Of a stretch of DNA of 64,000 bases, positions 49,989 through 59,805 are shown in pieces. How positions within the stretch are numbered: position 1 is the first letter of the stretch; each line of letters starts with the position of its first letter. The stretch is taken from positions 384,001 to 448,000 of the forward strand of contig OZ242318.1 in the NCBI GenBank assembly GCA_965208105.1. The letters are read 5' to 3'. Below the pieces are notes generated by a model. It saw only the letters and a program-made list of their open reading frames with translations, did no database searches and was not told where the DNA came from. The translations under genes and the position numbers were made by a program. This DNA comes from Candidatus Latescibacterota bacterium. GTDB lineage: Bacteria; Latescibacterota; UBA2968; UBA8231.

Positions 49989-50846
49989 TTACCTGGCCCC
50001 TTGAAGATATTTCAGGAATTCGCTGTCCGCAGGGAGAACCAGTACCGTCTTTTCGTCGAGTGATTTCTCGTAGGCTTCCAGAGTCCGGACGAATTTGTAA
50101 AATCGCGCCGCATCTTTATAGGCCTCGGCGTAAATGCTCAGTGCTTCGGCATCGCCTTGCCCGCGAATGCCTTGAGACTTTTCATAGGCTTCGGCGTTAA
50201 TGCGGGTGGCCGCCAGGTCCGTCTCCGCCCGGATTTTCAACGCCTCCTCCTGCCCCTCTGCGCGGTATCCCTTGGCTTCCCGGTCGCGTTCGGCTCGCAT
50301 GCGATTGAATACAGCCGCCTCGTTCTCAGGGGGAAGATCCGCCCGCTTGATACGGACGTCGAGCACTTTGATTCCGTATACCTGGGCGGCCTCGTCCGAG
50401 CGCTGGGTCACCAACCGCATCAGCTCCTCCCGGTTGGTCGCGATTACCTCGGTCAATTCATGCTGCCCAAGCTCCTTGCGCATTTCAGAATAGATGATGT
50501 CGTCCAGCCGAGCCAAACCTTCGGCCGTTGTTCGCAATGTCTGCAAGAACAAAAGAGGGTCGACAATTCGCCAACGGGCATAGTTGTCGAGCACCAGGAT
50601 CTTCTTGTCCTTGGTGTAAATGTCCTCAGGGTTGGCGTCGTAATCAAGAAGGCGATCGTCAAACACCGTTATTCTCTGGATGGGGTTTGGAAGCTTGAAG
50701 TACAGGCCGGGGGCCTTGATTACCCGGATGGGCTCGCCGAACTGAGTGACGACCACCTGCTGCACCTCGTTGACTGTAAACACCACCAAATTGCCAATAA
50801 AGAGCAAGGCTACGACAGCGACTATAACCCCCACAGGACCCTTCAT
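49989..50846 (-). CDS. hflC: Protease modulator HflC
   Basis: SPFH domain; TKDKK.L..D.YARWRI.DP, DVRIKRADLP, RMRAER, F.RTLEAY. Confidence 0.95.
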   Translation of the reverse strand: MKGPVGVIVAVVALLFIGNLVVFTVNEVQQVVVTQFGEPIRVIKAPGLYFKLPNPIQRITVFDDRLLDYDANPEDIYTKDKKILVLDNYARWRIVDPLLFLQTLRTTAEGLARLDDIIYSEMRKELGQHELTEVIATNREELMRLVTQRSDEAAQVYGIKVLDVRIKRADLPPENEAAVFNRMRAERDREAKGYRAEGQEEALKIRAETDLAATRINAEAYEKSQGIRGQGDAEALSIYAEAYKDAARFYKFVRTLEAYEKSLDEKTVLVLPADSEFLKYLQGAR

Positions 50847-51841
50847 TGAATACCGTCCTTCTTGGTTAAATTGAGAATGTTCAACAACCCGCCGTTCGCC
50901 TCGTTTTCAATTATGTATTTCTGCAATTGTGGCAAGATCCGCTCCATGGTTTCCAGATACAGGCGGACCTCGGTGACTTTCGGAGCCTTCGTATATTCGC
51001 CATAAACGGCGGTGAAGCGGTCGGCGTCACCCTGGGCCCGCCGAACGCGCTCGACTTTGTAGGCTTCCGATTCTTTTATCATCTTCTCGGCCTCACCTCG
51101 GGCCTTGGGAATAACGTCATTCTGGTATCCCAGGGCCTCATTGATCAATCGTTCCTTGTCCTCCTTGGCGCTCGCCACATCCTTGAAGGCAGCGTCCACT
51201 TCCGCCGGTGCGCTGACGGTCTGCAGCTGCACGCTTTCCACCTTGAGGCCGCATTTGTACTGGGTGAACAACCTTTGCAGCTGTTCCTTTATCTCCGTCT
51301 GAATGAGCAGTTTCCCCTCGGTCAAAGCCTCTTCGATCTTGTGGCGACCAACCACCTGGCGCAAGGCCGCTTCACAGGCATCGTGCACCAAACCGTCGTT
51401 TCTCTCTTCGAATGCCCCGAGCCCGGCAACACTGAACAGGGCATCCACTACACTGGTAATGCGATACTGCACAACCATTTCCACGTCGATGATGTTCTCA
51501 TCTCCCGTCAGCATCAGGGATTCTTTAGGCACGTCTCTATAGCGAGCGGGGGGTCCCGGGTCAATCGTTCTGAAGCCGATTTCTTCCCGGTAAACCTTGG
51601 TAACCGAACGGACGATGCGGTCTTCGATTGGAAAGGGCAGATGGTAGTGCAAACCGGGTTGAACAACTTCCTTGAACTTGCCAAAGCGCAATACCACTGC
51701 CTGTTCGTCTGGTTCCACCGTGTAAATTCCGCTCAGTATCCACAATACCAGCAAGACCCCGAAGATGAAATAGGCCATCTTGGAGCTGAATTTGAACTGG
51801 GGAACGGACCTTTGGCTGGGAAATTCAAATTGCTGGGGCAT
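50843..51841 (-). CDS. hflK: FtsH protease activity modulator HflK
   Basis: VVLRFGK, MLTGDENI, IP.ARGEA, AQGDADRF, RLYLETME. Confidence 0.95.
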   Translation of the reverse strand: MPQQFEFPSQRSVPQFKFSSKMAYFIFGVLLVLWILSGIYTVEPDEQAVVLRFGKFKEVVQPGLHYHLPFPIEDRIVRSVTKVYREEIGFRTIDPGPPARYRDVPKESLMLTGDENIIDVEMVVQYRITSVVDALFSVAGLGAFEERNDGLVHDACEAALRQVVGRHKIEEALTEGKLLIQTEIKEQLQRLFTQYKCGLKVESVQLQTVSAPAEVDAAFKDVASAKEDKERLINEALGYQNDVIPKARGEAEKMIKESEAYKVERVRRAQGDADRFTAVYGEYTKAPKVTEVRLYLETMERILPQLQKYIIENEANGGLLNILNLTKKDGIQ

Positions 51842-51893
51842 GACTTCTATACCTCTCGATAATGGAACCGATGCAATTTATTTTCGATGGGAA

Positions 51894-51988
51894 AAGGTAT
51901 ATTCGACCCCTTTTCCTGTCAATGCGACCTCGGGGATCCGGACATGCCCGGGCAGTATCTTGACAGTGTGGGGAGACCGCTTTATCGT
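51894..51988. promoter_or_regulatory. Divergent sigma70 promoters for hflK (-) and clpP (+)
   Basis: Minus strand: TTGACA (51922-51917)-17 bp-TACCTT. Plus strand: TTGACA (51960-65)-17 bp-TATCGT. Confidence 0.55.
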
Positions 51989-52051
51989 TGTATAAATTTT
52001 CAATTTAGGGTTATGCTCAAGGCGGAATTTCCAAAAGGAATTGAATCTTAA

Positions 52052-52663
52052 ATGGCCATCGTACCTGTTGTAGTCGAAGAAACCGGACGCGGGGAGCGCA
52101 CTTATGACCTTTTCTCCATGCTGCTCAAGGAACGGATTATTTTCCTCGGCTACCCTCTTGACGACAGCGAAGCCAACCTGATCATCGCCCAGCTTCTATT
52201 CCTGGCCTCCGAGGACCCCCAGAAAGATATTTCCATCTACATAAACAGTCCTGGGGGAAGCCTCACCGCAGGTCTGGCCATCTACGATACTATGCAGCAC
52301 GTCCCCTGCAATGTCGCCACCCTGTGCGTTGGTCAGGCATATAGCATGAGCGCGATTCTCCTCGCCGGCGGGACCAAAAATAAGCGCCATGCCCTTCCGC
52401 ATTCGCGTCTGATGCTTCATCAACCTTGGGGAGGCGTCGGAGGTCAAGCTGCCGACATCGAGATCCACGCCCGTGAGATCGGGAAGTGGCGCCAAAAGCT
52501 CAATCAGATTCTGATGAGTGACACGGGGCAACCCCTTGATCGCATCGAGGCCGTCACGGAACGCGATTATTTCCTTTCCCCCGATGAAGCCATGGAATTC
52601 GGATTAATTGACGGGATACTCTCCTCGGACCGAGACCTCGAAGCTCCCACCAATTCGGCTTGA
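52052..52663 (+). CDS. clpP: ATP-dependent Clp protease proteolytic subunit
   Basis: YINSPGG, GQAYSM (Ser), MLHQP (His), ERDYF (Asp). Confidence 0.96.
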   Translation: MAIVPVVVEETGRGERTYDLFSMLLKERIIFLGYPLDDSEANLIIAQLLFLASEDPQKDISIYINSPGGSLTAGLAIYDTMQHVPCNVATLCVGQAYSMSAILLAGGTKNKRHALPHSRLMLHQPWGGVGGQAADIEIHAREIGKWRQKLNQILMSDTGQPLDRIEAVTERDYFLSPDEAMEFGLIDGILSSDRDLEAPTNSA

Positions 52664-52711
52664 CAAGCCTTCGCGCATGGTTCTTGACGAGCCTCCGAGC
52701 ATGGTTGTCGA

Positions 52712-53938
52712 TCATCGTCCAAACGGGAAACCAATTACTTCGTCAATGGAAGCTGCATTGGCGATGAGCATGACCATGCGATCCGCGCCCAGGGCCATTC
52801 CGCCAGCAGGGGGCATGCCGTCCTCCATCATTGCCAGGAAGGCTTCATCCAGAGGAAATTCAGGATACCCCTTTCGCCGGCGATTCTCCTGTTCAATCGA
52901 AAACCTCCGTCTTTGTTCCCGTGGATCGTTCAATTCAGTAAACCCGTTGGATAGCTCCAGACCTGCAATATAGGTTTCGACCCTTTCCGCAACACCGGGG
53001 CGGGCGCCTTTCGCCTTAGCCATCGAAGCCATTCTCACCGGGTAGTCCCTCAGGAAAACAGGGCCCAATCGCCGGAGTGCAGGCTCAATATCATCTAAAA
53101 AAATTTTATAGAAGATTTCCTCCCAGGAATCATCCGGGCGGACGCTCAGATATCCACGGGACCGGGCCTGACGGCGAAAATCTTGCAAATCGTCGCATGC
53201 CTCGATCTCGATTCCTGCATAGTTCCAAAATGCCTCGCTCACACTCAACCGTTGCCAGGGAGGGGATAAATCGAGCGCCGTCCCCTGATATTCGATCCTG
53301 GTGGTACCCAAAAGGGTTGAGCACACATAAGCGACGAGCTCTTCCGTATCTTCCATGATTTCCTCGTAGCTCGCAAAGGCTCTGTACCACTCAATCATGG
53401 TAAATTCGGGGTTGTGAGTTGGGGAGTACTCCCTGTTGCGGAAACAGCGAGCGATCTGATAGATCTTTTCAAATCCGCTGCCGATCAGCCGCTTCATGTG
53501 GTGTTCCGGCGAGGTGATCAGATAGCATGGAACCGCTCCGGGGCCATGAAATTCCGTCTTGAAGGGATGTATTTCGGCATCCAGCCCTGGTGCCTCAACC
53601 AGCAGCGGGGTTTCTACCTCGAGAAAACCCTTGCTTTTCCAAAAGTCCCGGACGGCCTTGAAGGCGGCGGCCCGAATGCCAAGATTTTCTTTTAACGCCT
53701 CTCGCCGACCATTAAAGGATTGCCAGTCACCATACCCTTCCCGGCGTTTTTCGGCAGCTGGCGCCAATTGGTGAATCTGCTCCGCCAACAATTCGCCATC
53801 TACCATTCGACCCCGTATTCCTACCATGCCGCCGCAGCGTGGTTCCTGTTCAAGTGGAGGGAGCCTGAAAGAGACCACACCCTTGTCATCCATCAAACGT
53901 CCCCTTCTTCCTTCGAATTCTACAATTCGACCGTGCAT
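52712..53938 (-). CDS. epmA: EF-P lysine aminoacylase EpmA (GenX/PoxA) with N-terminal extension
   Basis: YLITSPEHHMKRL, HNPEFTMIEWYR, GLELSNGFTELND, GMPPAGGMALGADR. Confidence 0.88.
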   Translation of the reverse strand: MHGRIVEFEGRRGRLMDDKGVVSFRLPPLEQEPRCGGMVGIRGRMVDGELLAEQIHQLAPAAEKRREGYGDWQSFNGRREALKENLGIRAAAFKAVRDFWKSKGFLEVETPLLVEAPGLDAEIHPFKTEFHGPGAVPCYLITSPEHHMKRLIGSGFEKIYQIARCFRNREYSPTHNPEFTMIEWYRAFASYEEIMEDTEELVAYVCSTLLGTTRIEYQGTALDLSPPWQRLSVSEAFWNYAGIEIEACDDLQDFRRQARSRGYLSVRPDDSWEEIFYKIFLDDIEPALRRLGPVFLRDYPVRMASMAKAKGARPGVAERVETYIAGLELSNGFTELNDPREQRRRFSIEQENRRRKGYPEFPLDEAFLAMMEDGMPPAGGMALGADRMVMLIANAASIDEVIGFPFGR

Positions 53939-54069
53939 ATAGACAGTTTCTGAATTACAGGGCAGGAAATCTGTAGAGTGGGAGGCGGGTTGGCATCGCG
54001 GGGGAAATCGACTGTGGTCCACTCGCATCAATGGAGAAAATCACCTCCTGGTTTGGTTGAAAAATTACT

Positions 54070-54103
54070 AAAAATGCCGACACAGGTTCTCTGTAGTCGG
54101 CAT
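54070..54103 (-). terminator. Intrinsic terminator after clpX
   Basis: Minus-strand hairpin ATGCCGACTACAG-AGAAC-CTGTGTCGGCAT followed by a T run. Confidence 0.7.
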
Positions 54104-54128
54104 GTAATTGGCAAGGGTTGGAAAGGCT

Positions 54129-55355
54129 TCAGGCTATTTTCTTCCTTTTTATCAACAGGGGCGATCCTCTTGATGCAATACAATCTTTGGTAATAATGCA
54201 CTCTTTAACATCCTTACTGGCCGGCAATTCATACATTATTTCAAGCATAACCGTCTCCAGAACCGCCCGCAATCCACGTGCCCCCATCGCCTTCTTCTGC
54301 GCATGCTCCACGATCTTCTGGAGAGCATCCTGTTCAAATCGCAAGCTCATTCCATCCATTTCAAAAAGCTTTTTGTACTGTTTGATCAACGCGTTCTTGG
54401 GCTCGATCAATATTTCCATCATCACGGCATCGTTCAGTGGATGAAAGGTGCTAACCACCGGAAGTCTGCCAATGAACTCGGGGATCAGGCCATATTGAAT
54501 AAGGTCTTCTGGTTCAACACGTCCATAGGTCCGGTTAGAATCAAAATCCTCCACCTCCTCGTGGCTGCCGAAGCCGATTGCTCGCCTGCCTGTTCGTTGA
54601 TTTATGATCCGGTCCAGCCCATCAAAGGCTCCACCGCAAACGAACAAGATATTTCGAGTGTTGATCTGGACCAGAGGCTGCTCGGGATGCTTACGGCCTC
54701 CCTTGGGGGGCACTCCGGAAACCGTTCCCTCGAGGATTTTGAGCAATTCCTGCTGAACTCCTTCTCCCGAAACATCCCTGGTTATTGATGGGTTTCCAGA
54801 CTTTCTGGCAATCTTATCAATTTCATCTATGAACAATATTCCCCTCTCGGCCTGGCTGACATCATAATTCGCGGCCTGCAATATTCGAACCAGAATATTC
54901 TCCACATCCTCGCCAACATATCCCGCCTCGGTCAGAACAGTTGCATCGACTATGGCAAAGGGAACCTGAAGAATCCGCGCCAACGTTTCTGCGAGCAAGG
55001 TCTTGCCAGTTCCGGTGGGGCCTATGAGCAAGATATTGCTCTTGCTCAACTCAACATCGGATGCCCCGGAATAGACTCTCTTGTAGTGGTTGTATACTGC
55101 TACGGAAAGGGCCTTCTTCGCGCGGTCCTGCCCTATGATGTGTTCGTCCAAATGGGATTTTATTTCAATCGGCTTGGGAAGAGTTTTACCTTGCAGGCTG
55201 GGTTCCTGTTTCTTTTCCTCCTCCAAAACCTCGTTACAGAGGCCTACACACACATTGCAAATGTGCACTGAGGGCCCCTGGATTATTTTGTCTACCTGGT
55301 CGACTCCCTTTCCACAAAATGAGCAACTTACCGCATTGCGTGATTTCTTGAGCAT
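54129..55355 (-). CDS. clpX: ATP-dependent Clp protease ATP-binding subunit ClpX
   Basis: CSFCGK zinc finger, [27 protein letters not shown] loop, GARGLR. Confidence 0.97.
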   Translation of the reverse strand: MLKKSRNAVSCSFCGKGVDQVDKIIQGPSVHICNVCVGLCNEVLEEEKKQEPSLQGKTLPKPIEIKSHLDEHIIGQDRAKKALSVAVYNHYKRVYSGASDVELSKSNILLIGPTGTGKTLLAETLARILQVPFAIVDATVLTEAGYVGEDVENILVRILQAANYDVSQAERGILFIDEIDKIARKSGNPSITRDVSGEGVQQELLKILEGTVSGVPPKGGRKHPEQPLVQINTRNILFVCGGAFDGLDRIINQRTGRRAIGFGSHEEVEDFDSNRTYGRVEPEDLIQYGLIPEFIGRLPVVSTFHPLNDAVMMEILIEPKNALIKQYKKLFEMDGMSLRFEQDALQKIVEHAQKKAMGARGLRAVLETVMLEIMYELPASKDVKECIITKDCIASRGSPLLIKRKKIA

Positions 55356-55379
55356 TTCCCAGGGCTGTCCTTGGGGGGT

Positions 55380-56042
55380 TTAAGAGGGCTGTCCGGAGTT
55401 TTCCTGACTATCCTCGGAGGCGGGTTCGTTGGTTTCTTCGTCGCCTGCCTCACTATTCCGTCCTTCCTCCGCCTCAGAGTGAGAGGCGTCGGCAGTTTCA
55501 ATTTCTTCATCCGGACCCTCAGTGTCGGCTTCACCACTCTCTCCCCCTTCGGTGGCTTTCTTCTCTTCAAGCCCGGCTTTCATCACATTGACCGCCTGGA
55601 AACCCTTGGCGGTCTTGGTCACCATAAATTCGACTTCATCCCCCTGGCTGAGGCTTCTATCCCATGAGGAGATATCTCTCCAGTGCACGAAGACATCCGA
55701 ATCGCTCTCGGTAGAAATGAACCCATAACCTTTGTCGTCGTTGAACCACTTCACCACACCTTTGATCCATGTGTTTTCCGGGAGGCCATTTGTTTTCTTT
55801 TCCGAAACCTCCCCCCCTTCTTCGGGATCTTTTGAGGGCTTGCCGCTTTCGAATTTAAGGATGCGGTCGCGAAGCAATCGTTTGGTGGCTTCGCCTCCTT
55901 CGATCCCTTCCAGCAACCATTCAATACTGGTTATTAAGCCGATGATATAGGAACTGTCGGTGCCGTACAGCTTCCTCGCGTGAACAATCTTCTCGGCAAG
56001 CATGGAAATCCGGTCGCTGTTCAATGGTAGTGATTTCTCCAA
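55380..56042 (-). CDS. Cold-shock-domain protein with N-terminal extension and acidic tail
   Basis: GVVKWFNDDKGYGFI (RNP1) and DVFVH (RNP2) lie in the middle of a 220-aa ORF. Confidence 0.85.
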   Translation of the reverse strand: MEKSLPLNSDRISMLAEKIVHARKLYGTDSSYIIGLITSIEWLLEGIEGGEATKRLLRDRILKFESGKPSKDPEEGGEVSEKKTNGLPENTWIKGVVKWFNDDKGYGFISTESDSDVFVHWRDISSWDRSLSQGDEVEFMVTKTAKGFQAVNVMKAGLEEKKATEGGESGEADTEGPDEEIETADASHSEAEEGRNSEAGDEETNEPASEDSQENSGQPS

Positions 56043-56074
56043 GAGACTAACACCTCCTATTTATTAAACCTTTA

Positions 56075-57565
56075 TTATCTATGTAAATAGAAAAAATCCC
56101 CCGCCTGGTCAACTGACGAAGATCCTCGGCCCCTGATCCCCTGATAAATTGTCTGTCCGCTCACCTTGATTATGCCAGTCAGCGGAACGGCGACCAGCAT
56201 TCCAACAATTCCCATCAACTGGCTCCCTACCATTACAACGAAGAGGACCACAAGGGGGTGCAGATCAACATTTTTTGCCACAATGGCCGGCTGAACCAGG
56301 ACATTGTCAATCACCTGAACCACCAGGAACACAAGGATTACGTTGCCTACCATACCGAACCCTCCCCCCGTGGCCAAAGCGACTATCGAGCCTATCAAGA
56401 TCCCGATCAGTGGGCCCAGGTAGGGGATCATGTTGGCGAGACCGGCGAAAAGCCCAACTGGCAGCGAGTAAGGCATTTCAACCAGCAGGAGTCCAATAAT
56501 GGCCATCGTCGCTACAACGCTCACCGCCAGGAGTTGGCCTCGGATGTATCCTCCGATCTGCCCGTTGATTTGATGAAGGAGATTAAAGCAGAGTTCGAAG
56601 TATGCGTTTGGTACCAGGTCAATTAGTCCGTGGGTTATATGCCGGCCTTCCTTCAAGAAGAAGAAAGCGACAAATGGCACAATAACCAGAAGGGCGATCC
56701 CAGAGGTAATCCCGGAAACAAGCTCCTCGACGAATCCGGTAGTTCCACCAAAAAGGGTTTCCGCTAAATTCCCGCCATATTCCCGTACGACATTTGCTAT
56801 CACCAGATCTTCGCCCAGGAAGGGCTGAACCAAAGGTTGCGTCTCATTGGCTATTTCGCTTATTCGAGTAACCAGGTTGGGGCCGGCTCGGCCAAAGTCG
56901 ATTCCCCTTGCACCGAAGACAACGGACTCAACCACAGCCTCTTCGTGAAATTCTTCTTCCCAAAAATCGTCTAAAGTTGAATCTGCGACTCTCGATGAAT
57001 TCCCCCGCAGACGCAACCCAAATGGAGCGGTCAGATCGGGACTGGACAGAATCAGGAGTTTATGGACAGGCCTTGTTTGCGCCGGAGCGAAGTGAATCCT
57101 CAGGGCCTGGCTGTCTCCCGGCCCGAGCTTCAAAGGAAATACAGGGGGATCTGTCACTGAAAAGGGAGCCGCCCTGTTCAGGTCTTCGCGGTCGATATCT
57201 ATGAGGACCGGATTCTGGCCTTTGTTGGCTATGAGGAATTCCCTGTCTACTGTTTCCTGTCTGATGAACTCCTCGCCGAGATCGATCATTTCGGCCGTCA
57301 ACTTCCCACCTGCCTTTACAAGGCCAAATGACAATCCTCCGGCCACGACGATGAATACAGCCAGGATGCTCAGGGTTCTGTTCATTCCCCTGCCTTCCAT
57401 CCGATCTACCAGAGGCGCCAGGACATAGGCCATGACAAAGGCCAGGAGGAAAGGTGCAAGGATTCCCCGGAGAAAGAATATCAAGGTAATCAACGACAGA
57501 AAGATCCCAATCGCGAGGGCCACTCTGATCTGTTTTCCAAGGCTTGATGTCTGTTCCTGGTTCAT
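56075..57565 (-). CDS. AI-2E family transporter with large soluble insertion
   Basis: PFLLAFVMAYVLAPLVD, GYIRGQ, NMIPYLGP, DNVLVQP, LHPL, GMLVAVP. Confidence 0.88.
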   Translation of the reverse strand: MNQEQTSSLGKQIRVALAIGIFLSLITLIFFLRGILAPFLLAFVMAYVLAPLVDRMEGRGMNRTLSILAVFIVVAGGLSFGLVKAGGKLTAEMIDLGEEFIRQETVDREFLIANKGQNPVLIDIDREDLNRAAPFSVTDPPVFPLKLGPGDSQALRIHFAPAQTRPVHKLLILSSPDLTAPFGLRLRGNSSRVADSTLDDFWEEEFHEEAVVESVVFGARGIDFGRAGPNLVTRISEIANETQPLVQPFLGEDLVIANVVREYGGNLAETLFGGTTGFVEELVSGITSGIALLVIVPFVAFFFLKEGRHITHGLIDLVPNAYFELCFNLLHQINGQIGGYIRGQLLAVSVVATMAIIGLLLVEMPYSLPVGLFAGLANMIPYLGPLIGILIGSIVALATGGGFGMVGNVILVFLVVQVIDNVLVQPAIVAKNVDLHPLVVLFVVMVGSQLMGIVGMLVAVPLTGIIKVSGQTIYQGIRGRGSSSVDQAGDFFYLHR

Positions 57566-57655
57566 GCAGCTTGCTCGGCATAGGAATCGTCGGCCGGCGT
57601 CCCATCACCTGCTTTTGACCCATTTTTCGATCGGCGCGTGCGCGCGAAATTAAGC

Positions 57656-57726
57656 GCGAGCGAGGGCAACGACGCAGGACGGGATGCGGCGGCGGCGAAT
57701 TCAGGCGGAATTGCGCAGGCAGGCAC
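57656..57726 (-). repeat. Truncated, diverged relative of the MITE family
   Basis: Begins at CTAG (the stop of the cNMP gene); CATCCCGTCCTGCGTCGTTGCCCTCGCTCGC matches the MITE segment CATTCCGGCTCACGGCGTTACCTTCACTCGC at 22/31 and at the same distance from the end. Confidence 0.5.
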
Positions 57727-58253
57727 TAGGTCCCTTCAATTTCCTGCTGCCTGATCCGACCGTCCTTGAGCAGACGGCTGGTGTGTCGCCACCGGTTCAA
57801 TATCATTTGTGACAAACGTCTGACTATTTTCAATCCAATTTGCGGATCTTGTTTGAGCAGTTCGAGCAGGTCCGGCCTGCAGAAACCGATGGCCAGGCAG
57901 GGCCTTGAAGCAATTGCCGAAGCTGTGCTAGACACCTCTTCATCCAGAAGAGACTGTTCCCCGAAAACGTCTCCAGGTCCCAGGATGGCCAGTCGCCGGG
58001 ATTTCCCCTCGCCGTCTTTCTGGATGATCTCAATCTCTCCAGAAACAACGACATACATGCCAGCGCTCATTTCTCCTTCTCGCACGATGACTTCCCCCGA
58101 GGACAAGGAACGCCGGCGTAAAATTCCATCGATTTTCTGAAATTCGCGCCGACTCAAATCCTGGAAAATGGGCACTCTCCTCAGGACGGCAAGCGCGACA
58201 TCCTTCCCTGCATTCCTGCTGGGGAAAATGAAAGAGAAAAGACCGGCTCCCAT
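57726..58253 (-). CDS. Stand-alone cyclic nucleotide-binding domain protein
   Basis: LRRVPIFQDL, IVREGE...MYVVVSGEIEI, LGPGDVFGEQSL; no HTH. Confidence 0.85.
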   Translation of the reverse strand: MGAGLFSFIFPSRNAGKDVALAVLRRVPIFQDLSRREFQKIDGILRRRSLSSGEVIVREGEMSAGMYVVVSGEIEIIQKDGEGKSRRLAILGPGDVFGEQSLLDEEVSSTASAIASRPCLAIGFCRPDLLELLKQDPQIGLKIVRRLSQMILNRWRHTSRLLKDGRIRQQEIEGT

Positions 58254-58271
58254 CAGGTTCTCCCGGACCTG

Positions 58272-58313
58272 AAAGAAAAAACGACCCCTTCTGGAATCCG
58301 AAAGAGTCGTTTT
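58272..58313 (-). terminator. Intrinsic terminator after trxA
   Basis: Minus strand ACGACTCTTTC-GGATTCCA-GAAGGGGTCGT followed by TTTTTCTTT. Confidence 0.65.
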
Positions 58314-58354
58314 GCAGGTAAAAGTTCTAAGATTGGGAACACCAGCGCGGGGAA

Positions 58355-58684
58355 TCAACGGCCCAGGGCCGAATCCAATTTTTCGGTGATTTGCTGCTTG
58401 GGCAGGGCGCCAATCAACTGGTCGGCAACCTTCCCGCCTTTGAAAATCAGCATGGTAGGAATACTCCGGATACCAAATTCCACAGCGGTTTTCTGTGCTG
58501 AATCCACGTCCAGTTTGGCGATTTTCGCCCGTCCGGAATATTCGTCGGCCAACTCATCGACGATGGGGGCTACCATGCGGCATGGCCCACACCATGCGGC
58601 CCAAAAGTCGACGAGGACGGGTATGGAAGATTCCAGTACTTCTGCGGCAAAATTCTCATCAGTCAAGGCGATGGGTCGGCTCAT
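58355..58684 (-). CDS. trxA: Thioredoxin
   Basis: PVLVDFWAAWCGPC, IRSIPT. Confidence 0.97.
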   Translation of the reverse strand: MSRPIALTDENFAAEVLESSIPVLVDFWAAWCGPCRMVAPIVDELADEYSGRAKIAKLDVDSAQKTAVEFGIRSIPTMLIFKGGKVADQLIGALPKQQITEKLDSALGR

Positions 58685-58773
58685 CCAGATTCCTCTTTTC
58701 CACCATAACTAAAAAATTTTCAAAAGGTTATAAAGATATACAATTTTCAATATAACCAGTGAAGTCCCCTCTG

Positions 58774-59805
58774 TCAACCCCGGCCTGGCCGCGCCGCCGC
58801 ACACAATCGTTGCACCAACACGTCGGAAATTATTGCCTCCTGGCTCCGACTGTTGGATTTGAGTCCAAAGTCAGCTTTCCGGAGGGCCCCCAGGCCATCC
58901 CACAAGCGGTTTTCAGGATGAATCCTGGCCTGATCCAGGTAGGATTTGAGAAAGTAGGGAGAGATGCCCAGATCTGCAGCCATTTGCTTTTTGGACATTC
59001 CCCGTTCCATCAGTGCTCGAGTTTTCAACAGCCGTTGAATGTGCCGGCCGATCAAGGCGAAGGTCCGGGCGGGTTCCACCCCCTGGTCCATCAGGCCGCG
59101 CAGAAGAATGAAAGACTTGCGGCTGTCCCGGCTGCCAATGGCGTCTGCAAGTTCAAAAATGCTGGTCTTGTTGGACGATCCGACCACCTGTTCGACGGCG
59201 CCAGGTGTAATCTTTCCCTCGTCGCCGACAAAAATGCCGAGCTTGTCAATTTCACCAGCCAACTCCCGAAGGTTCGTTCCGATGTAGAATATCAACAAAT
59301 CGACAGCTTCCAGGTCTATTTTCAATTCCCTCCTTGTGGCCAGGGTGCGTATCCAGTGAGACAACTGATTTGCATAAGGAACGCGAAACTCGACGGCCCG
59401 GCCAAACTCCGCCAACTTCCGGAAGAACTTGCGCCGCATATCCACCTTTCCTCCAACTACAATCAGCCGGGTCGAGGCAGATGGCGAATCCAATATGCTC
59501 TCCAATCCCCTGCAACAATCGATATCGAGCTTTTCACAACGTTTAATTACAACCAGGCGATGAGCGGCCATCATGGGGTATGAGTCGTAAATCTTGAGAA
59601 AATCCTCAGGCGCCAGGGTGTCACCATAAAATGTATCGACATTGAAATCGGCCGCCTGGTCAGGGGAAAGCACTTTGGCAAGCCAGGTGGCGGCCTCGTC
59701 TCGTAGATAGTCTTCCTCGCCGTAGAGGAGGTAAAAGGGGTGAAACTTTGCTTCTCCCACCTCCTTGCGCAAATCCGCTACGGAGAGCCTCGAGCGTCTA
59801 CTCAC
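58774..59805 (-). CDS. holA: DNA polymerase III delta subunit
   Basis: FYLLYGEEDYL, PMMAAHRLVVIK, VDMRRKFF, EIDKL, IFELADAI, D..LKS. Confidence 0.9.
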   Translation of the reverse strand: MSRRSRLSVADLRKEVGEAKFHPFYLLYGEEDYLRDEAATWLAKVLSPDQAADFNVDTFYGDTLAPEDFLKIYDSYPMMAAHRLVVIKRCEKLDIDCCRGLESILDSPSASTRLIVVGGKVDMRRKFFRKLAEFGRAVEFRVPYANQLSHWIRTLATRRELKIDLEAVDLLIFYIGTNLRELAGEIDKLGIFVGDEGKITPGAVEQVVGSSNKTSIFELADAIGSRDSRKSFILLRGLMDQGVEPARTFALIGRHIQRLLKTRALMERGMSKKQMAADLGISPYFLKSYLDQARIHPENRLWDGLGALRKADFGLKSNSRSQEAIISDVLVQRLCAAARPGRG

